Assembly (NCBI GenBank): GCA_043228905.1
Contig: JBHGNT010000008.1
Span: forward strand, 11,284,001 to 11,348,000
DNA length: 64,000 nucleotides
DNA from: Azolla caroliniana
Lineage: Eukaryota > Plantae > Polypodiophyta
Reading direction: 5' to 3'
The notes under the pieces were generated by a model. That model worked only from the letters and a program-made list of their open reading frames with translations. It did not search any database and was not told the DNA's origin. Numbering within the stretch: position 1 is the first letter of the stretch; each line of letters starts with the position of its first letter. This document shows positions 47,365 to 58,560 of this stretch, one piece after another. A program made the position numbers and the translations under genes.

Positions 47365-48368
47365 CTTGCCGGCCGCCTCCATTGCATGCCGACCCGCCAC
47401 ACCCACGGGACCGATCCACCCCCGTGTACAACATCCGGTTGTCAGTGGGTGCGCTAGTTGACGCACCGGCGTGGTTCTCCTCTACAAGGAGCATTGACTG
47501 TAAGTTGAAAAATGATAGCGTATTCTCCGTTGTACACACCACCATTCGGAACGCTCTAAACTTAGACGTCAGGCCCCCAAGGCAGACCTGTACCATCTCG
47601 TCTTCCTCTACGGTAACGTTGATGGAGGCAAGCGAGTCGTAGATCTCTTTGATTCGGGCCGTGTAATTTGCCACCGACATGTCCTTCAGTCGGACATTTC
47701 TCAACTCCTGTCGGAGTTGCAGCTTCCGGGTTGTAGTGCTCGCGGCGAAAACCTGTACCATCTCGTCTTCCTCTACAGTAACGTTGATGGAGGCAAGCGA
47801 GTTAGATCTCTTTGATTCGGGCCGTGTAATTTTCCACCGACATGTCCTTCACTCGGACATTGCTCAACTCCTGTCGGAGTTGCAGCTTCCGGGTTGTAGT
47901 GCTCGCGGCGAAAACCTGTACCATCTCGTCTTCCTCTATGGTAACGTTGATGGAGGCAAGCGAGTCGTAGATCTCTTTGATTCGGGCCGTGTAATTTGCC
48001 ACCCACATGTCCTTCAGTCGGACATTGCTCAACTCCTGTCGGAGTTGCAGCTTCCGGGTTGTAGTGCTCGCGGCGAAAACCTTCTTCAGGTTTCCCCAAG
48101 CCTCCTTCAGCGTCTTGGTGTCTTGGAGGTGGCTCAGCAACTGGTCTCCGACACTGGACACGAAGCAGTACATCACTTTGCTTGCCGATTGTTCCCACAC
48201 TTGGAAATCCTTATGTGCCGCATCAGGTGTTGTTTCGTTGGTTCCTTCGACGAAACTCGAGTAGCCATGCCCAAGCAGGTACTGGTGCATCTTATACGAC
48301 CAAGATGCATAGTTGGATCTGTTGAGTTTCTCCACAGGGAGCGAGCTAGCCATCCCTCTATCCATCAC
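47365..48368 (-). pseudogene. Element I gag, with an internal ~165-bp triplication (47586-48080)
   Basis: MDRGMASSLPVEKLNRSNYASW; VFAASTTTRKLQLRQEL occurs three times. Confidence 0.92.
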
Positions 48369-48855
48369 TTCTTTTTTGCTGTTCTTACGACCTGTTAGGG
48401 TTTGCTTTCAAGCGTTTGTCGGTTGCAGAGGTTCTCAACCCTCGCGCTCTGATACCATGTAAATGATTACTTGCGGAAGCGTTAGAAAACAGAGGAAGTA
48501 GGGAATACAAGGAGTACACGGGAGAGACAGCGAGAGCAGAGCGTAAGAGTTATATTCAAAACAATATAATCACTCTGTATTTACAACTGTGCTCAGTAGC
48601 ACTATTTATACAAGTCCTCATGGGACTGACAGAAGTACAGCGTACTTCAATGCTCACACGAGCTTCTGACACTTACTACGAGACTATAATTGCCTAGTAG
48701 TCTAAACTAATACTAGTCTTCCGGTTACTGATTGGATCCGGCTAACCGGCTCCCCAGCTCACCGGCTTTGTTGCTTGCCGGCTTATCGATCCGTCTCGCT
48801 TGTCGGCTCAGGCTTATTCAACCGATCCGGCTCTAGTTGAGCTTGCTGCTCAACA

Positions 48856-50136
48856 CAAGTATTATAACCCATGGATGAAGCAGGTCTGAGTAAGCCGAGA
48901 TGTCGAGTTCGATGAATCGGCATCATGGTACTCTTTACTGGCTCCGACGCCTGACCTCGACCCAATACCGGAGGATGAGGCTAGTGAGCCTGAACCGATC
49001 CAGTTAGAAGACGAAGGGTTGGAGACTCTAGATGAGAGTCTGGAATCATTTCGGTTGAGTGGACCGAATGAGCGGCTCAGTCGGGATGACCAGTCAGATG
49101 AGGAAACGGCGAGTAGTGGAGACTCTGTTGTGCTCTCCCCGCGCAAGGAACCGAGGAGACGGTTCACATGCAAAGAGAAAGGGAAGAAGAAAATGCCGGA
49201 ATACGAAACCGGCAATGTTGAGTCAGATCAGAGCGAATCCGACTCTGGAAAGGATGAAGGAGGAACTTCGGGAATGAAGTACGAACCGGCCAAGCAGGGC
49301 CCCAAACCGGGTAAAGATAAGTTACGCCGGTCTTCCCACCAGAACAACCCCGTGAAGCAGTACGAGTACAATGAGTACATGGTGCATCACTATGCGTACA
49401 TGACCAAGGTGGCGGAAGTGCGTGAGTTGGAGAGCTACGCAGAAGCGGCAAAGGATGCATATTGGTGTGCCGCTATGAAGGAAGAAATGCGGGCACTCGA
49501 TGCCAACGACACATGGGACCTAGTTGACCCTCCCCGACCCTATAAATCGATCGGATGTAAGTGGGTAAACAAGGTAAAGTACAATGCAGACGGTTCGGTT
49601 AACCAGTACAAGGCCCAATTAGTGGGGAAGGGATACGCGCAGACCCACAAAATCGACTACGACAAGACCTTCGCTCCGGTTGTGAAGATGATGACGGTTC
49701 GTGTGGTGCGGTGGTTGTTGCGGCAAGGGGGTGGCATCTTCACCAGATGGACGTGAAGAATGATTTTCTTCAAGGTGATCTTGAGGAAGAGATCTTTATG
49801 ACCCAACCCCCCGGTTTCCAGTCGGAGATGAACAAGTTGGCAGTATGCCGACTGAAGAAGTCATTTTATGGCCTAAAGCAAGCCCCCCGAGCTTGGAATG
49901 CCAAGATCACACACCGGTTGCGTAAGATGGGGTTTGCGGCCTCCAAGTCTGACTCTTCGTTGTTCATCCGGCATGGTTCGGACGGTTCGGTTTGCATCTT
50001 GTTGTATGTTGATGATCTAGTCATCACCTGACCCGAACTCGATGAAATCAGTCGAGTCAAGTCCCAACTGTCGGACGCATTTGAGATGAAGGACCTCGGG
50101 GACCTTCACTATTTCCTTGGGATCGAGGTGATCCGA
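48856..50136 (+). pseudogene. Element H pol, middle part (RT)
   Basis: Resumes after the CAAGT TSD; [19 protein letters not shown]. Confidence 0.9.
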
Positions 50137-50927
50137 TGTCGTGCCTTTCGGCTCTGGATCGTTGCGTGAGTCGGGTGGGAACCACAGAGGTCTTGGACTA
50201 GGAGAAAGAAGTTCGTGAGATAGAGATTAATTATGAGTAAATAGCAAAGAGAAGAGATAAGAAACTCGTGAATCACACGAGTATACTATATTAATTGGTA
50301 CTTAGGGTGTTAAGAGAGAAGTAGATGTATAAATCGTGAATCCCACGAATAATTTTTGTATTGATTAATACTTAATCCAAATAATCAACAACCCTTTACA
50401 TATTTCTCTCCTCCTTATATAAGGAAGGAAGAGCTAAGCATGGCTTCATGTTTTTTTTTTTACAAAAAGTGTTCATGTCCACTAAATGTGCATGTGATGC
50501 TTTTTTATTTCCTAAGTATAGGGCTCATGCACGCTAGATGTGCATGAGTTATTTTTAGTGTCTCGTCTTTTTCATATATTAAAAAAAATACACGATTTAC
50601 CTTTTAATAAAGGTATGCATAAATAAAGGTCTTATACGTATTAAATCTATATTTAAAACACTTAAGATAAGTTAATGTAATGGTAAGGTTGGGGTTTGTC
50701 AACGTGGAGGTGCAGAGTTCGAATCACGCCTTGCGCAGTAGTGAGTATTTCCTTTTCCTTTTACATTTATGTCTCTTTATCCGGCTCTTCCTTGCCGGTA
50801 TGCCGTTTTCTTCCTTGCCGGTATGCCGTTTTCCCCCGTGCCGGTATGCCGTTTTCTTCCGGTTCTCACCGAGCACTCCATTCTCTATTCGGAGGGACAA
50901 AAATATAATTTCCACATAGTGTGCAAC

Positions 50928-51750
50928 CTACACTACGACACTCACCCCCTCCAAACCCGCACATCCTCCGGTATGTGCCGAAGTTCTTGATTCTTCGTAT
51001 TCGTCTTCATCCGAAGCTTCCTCTGATTCTCCCCTTATGTCGACTATGAGTTGTAATCCACTTTCTTCGCTTCCCGTATCATTGTGGTCTTCATCCGATT
51101 GCTCCTCGTTGTCGGCCTCAACTTGGATTACATAAGGTTTGTCGTCGGTCCGCTTCTTGAAAATCTTCACCCGCTTCCCGGCTATAGGCACTCGTAGTAT
51201 TGTTCCATCCAACTCGGACAGTCGGTACGTCCCGTTGTCGAAGACCTTCCGAACCTCGTACGGCCCGAACCACCTTTTCGCGAATTTCCGCATCGTTGTA
51301 TGTTGATGGTCCAAGCTACTATCATAGACGATCACCCAATCTCCTTCTTCAATCCTCCTCGGTCGTAGTCGGTGCTTTGTGTCGAACCGGCTTTTGTTCC
51401 GGAACCGTGTTTCTTGTTGTCGGCGTGACGCTTCCGCTACATCTTTCGGTCTTCCCTCCAGTTGTCGTATCCGGACCGCTAGTAGTTCTTCCCGGCTCAT
51501 CTCTTCCTTCCACGGTAGTATTGCCCATGTCGCGATTGCGGTTTCCGTTGGCATTACCGGTGCTTGTCCGGTCATGAGTTCTGCCGGCATGTAACCGGTC
51601 ACGGAGCTATGCGTCGTCCGATCCGCCCATAGTGCATACGGAAGCATTTGTGGCCAATCCTTCACCCTTCCGTCGCATGCCTTCGCAAGTTCTTTCACGA
51701 TCGGACTATGTCCTCGCTCGATCTTCCCGTAGGCCTCCGGATTGTAGGCC
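50928..51750 (-). pseudogene. Element G integrase C-terminal part
   Basis: AYNPEAYGKIERGH...WFGPY matches A integrase; the upstream part is missing. Confidence 0.9.
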
Positions 51751-53503
51751 TTTCGTTGAGGACCTTTGCTCCAAATCGGATCGGATACCGCGAACCATCC
51801 GAGTCGGCTTGATTGATGACCCACCCGATACCGGTTGGACTTGTATCAACCGTTACTATGATTGGCCGCTCGTAGCTTGGTTTCTTAAGTGATTCCGCCC
51901 TCCATAGTGTCTTCTTGAGCTTCCTCATGGCTTTAGTGTGTTCCGGTTTCCACTCGAATTTCTTACCTTTCCGCAACAAGTGATAGAGCGGGTCCGCTAT
52001 ATGTGCATAGTGCGTAATCCATATGTGATAGAATGCACACGCACCCAGAAACCTTCGGACTTCCGATGTTGACTCACATACTTCCTTCATAGCTTGAATC
52101 GCATCGATCTTTGTTGGTGACGGTCTTCGGCCGTAGGGTCCACATAGATGTCCGACCACCAATATCTCTTCTTGCCCGAATGCCGATTTCTCCCCGGAAA
52201 GTGTTAGGTGCACATCTTCTAGCTTTCGCAACACTTTCTCGCAATCATGAATATGGTCGACCACGAACTTTCGGCATCCCCGATCATCCATAGTCTCATC
52301 TTTTTCTTCCACCGCGCATCCTTTCATCGGAATGTCATCTAGAAACGGCATCGTTATCTCCGGGATGCAATCTCGAAGCACCTTGTTCATCGCGTTCATC
52401 ATATGTGCAACCGAGTTTGTCGCTCCTTGTGGTAGTGTGCACATTCGAACTAGTCCTATCGGTGTCCGCATGGTAGTGATGTCTCGGCTCTCCACGGCTA
52501 GTTGGAATTGGTCATACCCCGAGTATAGGTCCCCGATGGAGTATATCGCACGTCCGGCAAAAGCTTCCGCGAATTCGTCCACTATCGGACCGACTCCCGA
52601 GTTCCGGATCGTGACCTTGTTCACCGGTTGCAAGTCTTGGATGAATCGGAGTGACCCATTCTTCTTCGGAACCGTAAACCATCGATTTGAGTACGGAGCA
52701 CTTGATGGCTCTAGAATCCCCATCGCCACCTTCTCCTTGAGCAAGTCGATGACTTTCGGAATATGCGCCCGTGGCACCGGAATCGGCTTCAAGTTCCACG
52801 GTACATGATCAATCGTGAAAATCACCATCGGCTCCACTATCTTTGGATTAATGCATCCGATTTCCCTCGATGTGAACGCGAATGCTTTGCCATGTTGCTC
52901 CAACATCTCTCGAAACCGTTTTTCTTCTTCTTGTAAGAGGAACCCACCTCCACCGATCCGAAGTTTCTTCCGGGTCTCATCTGTGAAGGCATGTCCGATA
53001 TCCACGGACTTCCGAAGTGTCGGATCTCCCGAGACTTCTTTCTTCTTTTGTTCGCTATCGGCGGGTAGTGGTCCCGCGGCCGGTTTCACCTTCTTCTCCA
53101 CGGTCTTGTATTTTGTACTTACCATTGCTTCTTCTTTGCGGAGCGCATCCGGCCCCATTTTCGCAACGATCTCGTACATCTCGACTGATTCCACCGGGAC
53201 TACCCGGTTCCCTTGACTTTTATCTTCCGCAAGCTCTTCAAGCCGTTGTAGTGTATTCCCATAGAACACTTCCTCGATCACTCCCACGATTTCTTCGTCT
53301 TCTTTTATTATTGATGCCGACCGTAACTTATCCTCCACTTGTCGGTATTGTTTCTTCATTCCTCCGGTTACGGCCGTGTACGTAGATGCCCCATCCGGGC
53401 CGATTCGTACTTGTTTTGCTCCGAGAGTTTTCTTCCTGTGTGGGGTATCAGGGCTTCTCGGACTATCACTTCCCCACTCCGCAACAGTCCGCTTTAAAAA
53501 TCC
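51751..53503 (-). pseudogene. Element G pol (RT, partial RNase H) in the -1 frame relative to gag-PR
   Basis: Frame open from the slippery site at 53503 into ORF 51695-53359; LPQGATNS, FLDD. Confidence 0.9.
53438..53503 (-). promoter_or_regulatory. Predicted -1 programmed ribosomal frameshift signal (element G)
   Basis: G GAU UUU, 5-nt spacer, 11-bp stem, loop GUGGGG complementary to downstream CCCCAC. Confidence 0.8.
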
Positions 53504-55548
53504 ATTCTCACTTGGGACAAGAGTTCCCTCTTGTTCCTTTCGTGATTTGCCAGCACCGTTAGGAATTGGACGGATTTCCCTCCGTTTTGGCTCCGAATTC
53601 GCGCAAAAGCCGCACCACTATCGAGCACCTTCGTCTCCATCCGTGAAGCCGTGATAAAGGGTTGGCCGAGGATGACAGAATGTGAAACCTCATCCTGCAC
53701 AAAGAAATTTTGGTCAATTTCGACATCCCCGATCTTTACCGTCACATCCGGACAAGCCGCAAATAGGTCTTCTGTCGTTTTCGTGGCTTCCCGAATCTTC
53801 CATCCATGGTTGGTGTTTATAGGCCACTTCCCCTTTCGGTAGAACTCCTTGGACATCAAGTTGATCTCCGATCCGTGATCAATCAATGCTAGCACGGGTT
53901 CTTTGATGTTGCCGATTCGGACCGGAGTCTCCGTAGTCGCACGTGCCCAGTGTGGCCTTGTATAGTGGGAGTTCGGAATTTCGCCTTCCACTTCGGTGTC
54001 GTTCATTGAAACGGTATTTGCATTCACCCTTGGAGCATTTTCCTCCGTACTTTGTCTCTTCCTTTTCACGAGATCCACGAGAAGATCGTGAAACTCCTTC
54101 TTTGCTATTCCGAGTAGTTCTCGCAGCGAAAAATCTACCCGGCTATCCAAGATTCTTTCCTCGAACACTCTTTTCAAGTCGGTTTGTTGTTCTATGTCCG
54201 AGGCGAGCTTGAATGCCGGAGTCGCCTTTTCTTTTCCCTTACCTCCGGAGTTCCAGCTTTCCGGTATCTTCGATGGTCCGGCCGCATCCTCCGTGCACCG
54301 TCGTTTCTCGTCCACATACACCTCATGTAATTGACACAGGGCGTATATGCTATTCTTGTCGACAGGGCACTCCCATCCCGTAGCTTCCCGGACGCCTTCC
54401 GCGGTGTTTCGGATATCGTTGGAGTCGGTTTTCTCGGTGTTTCCTAGCACCTCCGGCCAGAAAGACGCCTTCGCTCCCGATGACTCCCCGACACATATTC
54501 CCGCGGTTGTCGCATAGTTGCTTCTTGCCGCTAACTCATCCTCGAGCACCTTCTTCATGCCGCCTTTCCGGAAGTTCGGTCGGAGTGGCTTCCGAGAGTC
54601 CATCGAATGAATCTGGTTTCCCTCGTAGTAGATGAGATCCCGTCGTAGCGCCTCCTTATGGTCGTCGCAATCCCTCCGATCGTGTTCGGCGCTATCGCAC
54701 CATATGCACCGTCGATCCGTATATTTGGAGCTTGTGGGGCGGTCATCCGACTTCTTCACCATCGCGATCTTTAGATTCTCCATCTCCTTCAGCAGCTGCT
54801 CCACCGTAGACGCGTCGACTCCCTTCTCGGCCGTAATCTCCCGAGCCCTCGGTTGATGGTCTTCCAGTCCCGTTCTCGGTTTCGGAATCGGTTCCGAAAC
54901 CCTCTTTTCTTCGTTGGCAAGCCATTGCCCCCTCTTCGTGTACCGCGCGACGATATCCCGCACGCTTTCCCATGTTTCGGTGAGCCCGCTTTCGGTGGTC
55001 GTGTCCTCAAGAAGCACTCCGAGATCTTTCCGGTCCCGGACGTCCACAGCTCGCAAAAACATGATGACTTTGTCCGGTGCAAGAATAGTTTGATCTCTCG
55101 CGGACAACCTCCCGAACCGACTTTCGAATGTCGAAAACACTTCGAGGACCTTCAGCCCCTTACCTGACGTTTCCACCCAATCCTCGAATCCCCTCCGCGT
55201 TGCCTTGGAGGAGTCCTCGATGGCAAACGTGGTCTTTAACGCCTCTTCGAATGCTTCCCACGTCGGATTTTGTTGTTGCAACCCGTGGATACTCCCTTGA
55301 AGCCCGTCGGTCGCCACCCGGTTAAAGGATGTCACTTGTAGTCCTTCCGAAGCCCGGCACCAGAGCATCTCCGCCTTGTAGTCCTGCAAATATCGCGACA
55401 CATCCTTACCATTAAATTGCCCGTTGCGTTGCACGAGCCGCTCTACTGATGCCGAAATCTCCGACATCGTGCGTTGTTCTTGAAGCATCCGTTCGAACAT
55501 TGCCATCATATTGTTAGCTTGTTGAGCCTCCATCTCCTTGCCACCCAT
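53494..55548 (-). CDS. Element G gag-protease
   Basis: Intact ORF; CIWCDSAEHDRRDC knuckle, LIDHGSEINL, ILGQPF. Confidence 0.92.
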   Translation of the reverse strand: MGGKEMEAQQANNMMAMFERMLQEQRTMSEISASVERLVQRNGQFNGKDVSRYLQDYKAEMLWCRASEGLQVTSFNRVATDGLQGSIHGLQQQNPTWEAFEEALKTTFAIEDSSKATRRGFEDWVETSGKGLKVLEVFSTFESRFGRLSARDQTILAPDKVIMFLRAVDVRDRKDLGVLLEDTTTESGLTETWESVRDIVARYTKRGQWLANEEKRVSEPIPKPRTGLEDHQPRAREITAEKGVDASTVEQLLKEMENLKIAMVKKSDDRPTSSKYTDRRCIWCDSAEHDRRDCDDHKEALRRDLIYYEGNQIHSMDSRKPLRPNFRKGGMKKVLEDELAARSNYATTAGICVGESSGAKASFWPEVLGNTEKTDSNDIRNTAEGVREATGWECPVDKNSIYALCQLHEVYVDEKRRCTEDAAGPSKIPESWNSGGKGKEKATPAFKLASDIEQQTDLKRVFEERILDSRVDFSLRELLGIAKKEFHDLLVDLVKRKRQSTEENAPRVNANTVSMNDTEVEGEIPNSHYTRPHWARATTETPVRIGNIKEPVLALIDHGSEINLMSKEFYRKGKWPINTNHGWKIREATKTTEDLFAACPDVTVKIGDVEIDQNFFVQDEVSHSVILGQPFITASRMETKVLDSGAAFARIRSQNGGKSVQFLTVLANHERNKRELLSQVRMDF

Positions 55549-56375
55549 CTTCACGTCGGGTTCACCAACTGTGTCGTGCCTTTCGGCTCCGGATCGTTGC
55601 GTGAGTCGGGTGGGAACCACAGAGGTCTTGGACTAGGAGAAAGAAGTTCGTGAGATAGAGATTAATTATGAGTAAATAGCAAAGAGAAGAGATAAGAAAC
55701 TCGTGAATCACACGAGTATACTATATTAATTGGTACTTAGGGTGTTAAGAGAGAAGTAGATGTATAAATCGTGAATCCCACGAATAATTTTTGTATTGAT
55801 TAATACTTAATCCAAATAATCAACAACCCTTTACATATTTCTCTCCTCCTTATATAAGGAAGGAAGAGCTAAGCATGGCTTCATGTTTTTTTTTTTACAA
55901 AAAGTGTTCATGTCCACTAAATGTGCATGTGATGCTTTTTTATTTCCTAAGTATAGGGCTCATGCACGCTAGATGTGCATGAGTTATTTTTAGTGTCTCG
56001 TCTTTTTCATATATTAAAAAAAATACACGATTTACCTTTTAATAAAGGTATGCATAAATAAAGGTCTTATACGTATTAAATCTATATTTAAAACACTTAA
56101 GATAAGTTAATGTAATGGTAAGGTTGGGGTTTGTCAACGTGGAGGTGCAGAGTTCGAATCATGCCTTGCGCAGTAGTGAGTATTTCCTTTTTCTTTTACA
56201 TTTATGTCTCTTTATCCGGCTCTTCCTTGCCGGTATGCCGTTTTCTTCCTTGCCGGTATGCCGTTTTCCCCCTTGCCGGTATGCCGTTTTCTTCCGGTTC
56301 TCACCGAGCACTCCATTCTCTATCCGGAGGGACAAAAATATAATTTCCACATAGTGTGCAACCTACACTACGACA

Positions 56376-57450
56376 CCGAACCCCCGACAGCATATTGCTC
56401 TCACAAAGACACTATGTGTTGAATATGTTGTACAAGTTCGGCATGACGGAATGTCGCCCGATCTCCACACCCCTGGACCGGAACCAGAAGCTCCATCCCG
56501 ACTCCGGTTCGGCCTGCGATGAGAAGCGGTTCTGACAGATCGTTGGAAGCCTTATATATTTGACAATTACCTGACCCAACATTAGTTATCCGGTCGGCAT
56601 GATCAGCCAATATCTGCAGAAGCCAACCATGGAGCACCTTTTGTGCGCGCATCGAATTTTGCGATATGTGAGCGGCACATAGGAATGGGGACTGTTATAC
56701 CGGTATAGTATAATCGAAGAGCTAGTCGGCTACACCGATGCCGACTGGGTCGGCGATGCATCGAATCACTGATCCACTTCCAACTATATGTTTTCAATTG
56801 GTAGCGCGGATGTTGTGTGGAGTAGCAAAAAGTAGCCAACAATGGCCCTTTCGAGCACTAAGGCTGAATACCGGGGCGCTACCGTTGCCACCTCTGAAGC
56901 CATTTGGCTTCGGCGACTGCTGCAAGACCTGCGGATCGAGGTGCCGACCCCAATCCTGATCTACTGTGACAACATAAGCAGCATGAAGCTCGCCAAGAAC
57001 CCCGTATTCCATGCCCACACAAAGCACATAGAAGTGCACTACCACTTCGTGCGTGAGCGTGTCCTGAGCGGTGAAGTCGAACTTCAGTATGTTCATACGG
57101 ATCAGCAAGTTGCCGACATCTTCACCAAACCGCTCAGATCACACAAGTTGCAGCACTTCACCGAAATGCTTGGTGTTCAGCATCTAGACATGCCACACTT
57201 GACGGGGAGAACAGGCAAAGGCAAAGAGACTGTTGATTGCGCCAATAAGGGAAGAACCAACAAGGGGAGAGACAAGAAGAAGAAAGGAGCCGAGTCGACA
57301 AAGGAAGTTGACACATCCGAACAAGTCGGAACCAAGAAAGGAGCCGAGTCGACAAAGGAAGTTGACACATCCGAACAAGTCGGAACCAAGAAAGGAGCCG
57401 AGTCAAGAAGGATAGAGCCGCCAAGACCCGGACATGGTCCGATGTGGTGA
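56376..57450 (+). pseudogene. Element H pol, 3' part (RT end, RNase H, extended tail with a 54-bp duplication at about 57280-57400)
   Basis: Resumes after the CCGA TSD; HAHTKHIE, ADIFTKPL. Confidence 0.9.
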
Positions 57451-57811
57451 AGGGCCTGGAACCGGAAAACGAATCGGGAGCGACCGATTCGGACAAGAGC
57501 TGGAACGAATCGGAGACAACCGATTTGGTTCAACAGACAGATTCGGAAGAACCGGATCAATTCAAGGCCAAGAGAACGAGAAGGCAGTGAAAGTCGACGC
57601 CAACATGAAGGAATCGGCAAATCGGCAAGAGCCGAAGTCACAGCAGTGAGAGAGCTGAATTGGGCCTATTGAGCAGACAAGCCGACTGAGGAGGTCAAGG
57701 TGCGTAGAATCAGAATGGTCATGACAAACGGGACCAAACCGGACGAGGAGCGCGATGGAGGGAAGTGACGCCCGAGGGAGCTGGGTGGAAGGGACCGTCT
57801 ACCATGGAGAC

Positions 57812-58191
57812 TGTTGAGAATCAACCTCAACTTGGTCTAGTGTGTGAACTCACCTTGAGAGTGGAGAGACACTCCAACGGTCAAGAGTCACCATTATGTC
57901 ACCACTTTGTATTCTAGCATTTAGTACAAGTCATAGAATCATATTCTATGACACATAACTTATGAGCTTTCACATTCCCCATGCTCCATGAGTCTTGTAG
58001 TTAATGAAGAGAGAGGGTGACTACATAAAGCACCCTCCTCCCACCTTGTATAACGTTGAGTATTTCTCCTTTGCTAATATACTTAACCTTGCGTATACTC
58101 TGTGTCTCTCTCTCTCTCTATCTCATACACACATACACACACAGTTCACACCTATTCCGCTTCACAAGAATCCATCTCTTGATTCTTTACA
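57812..58191. mobile_element. Solo LTR (380 bp) of an unrelated family, in the H 3' region
   Basis: TGTTG...TTACA flanked by GAGAC/GAGAT; the flanks rejoin to match element I sequence. Confidence 0.8.
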
Positions 58192-58560
58192 GAGATTGAT
58201 ACTACGACCCGACCTCAAGTTGAGCTTAAGGGGGAGTGTTCAGCGGCAAGCTCAACCAGATCCGGATCGGCATCCGGAAGGATGAGCCAAATCGGTGAGT
58301 CAGTGAGCAAGTGAGCCGGTGAGCTAGGGAGAGGGTTAGTCGGATCCATCAGTAACCGAAAGCCTAGTAGCAGCCTAGACTACTAGGTAGTTAATGTCTC
58401 ATAGTTAGTGTTAGACGCTTGTGTGAGCATTGAAGTACATCGTACTTCTGTCAGTCCGTATGGACTTGTATAAGCACATACGATGTATATTCTAAGCTCT
58501 CCATTAACCCTGTGTTTCTGTGTTCAGTTTTCTATTGCTTTTGCACACTATTCTTTTACA

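Larger units (their letters stand above)
33026..48855 (-). mobile_element. Element I: Ty1/Copia of the same family as H, inserted antisense into H; interrupted by F
   Basis: 398-bp LTRs 33026-33423 and 48458-48855, TSD CAAGT, Met PBS 48446-48457, PPT 33424-33434. Confidence 0.95.
50137..56375 (-). mobile_element. Element G: tRNA-Trp-primed Gypsy related to A, with an internal RNase H/integrase deletion
   Basis: 804-bp near-identical LTRs 50137-50940 and 55572-56375 (TGTCG...CGACA), 4-bp TSD CCGA, PBS 55551-55567, PPT-like tract 50941-50960. Confidence 0.96.
30546..58560 (+). mobile_element. Element H: degenerate Ty1/Copia hosting I (with F), G and a solo LTR
   Basis: LTRs 30546-30929 and 58237-58560, TSD GCTTC, Met PBS 30930-30941, PPT AAGGGGGAG 58228-58236. 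Confidence 0.9.
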
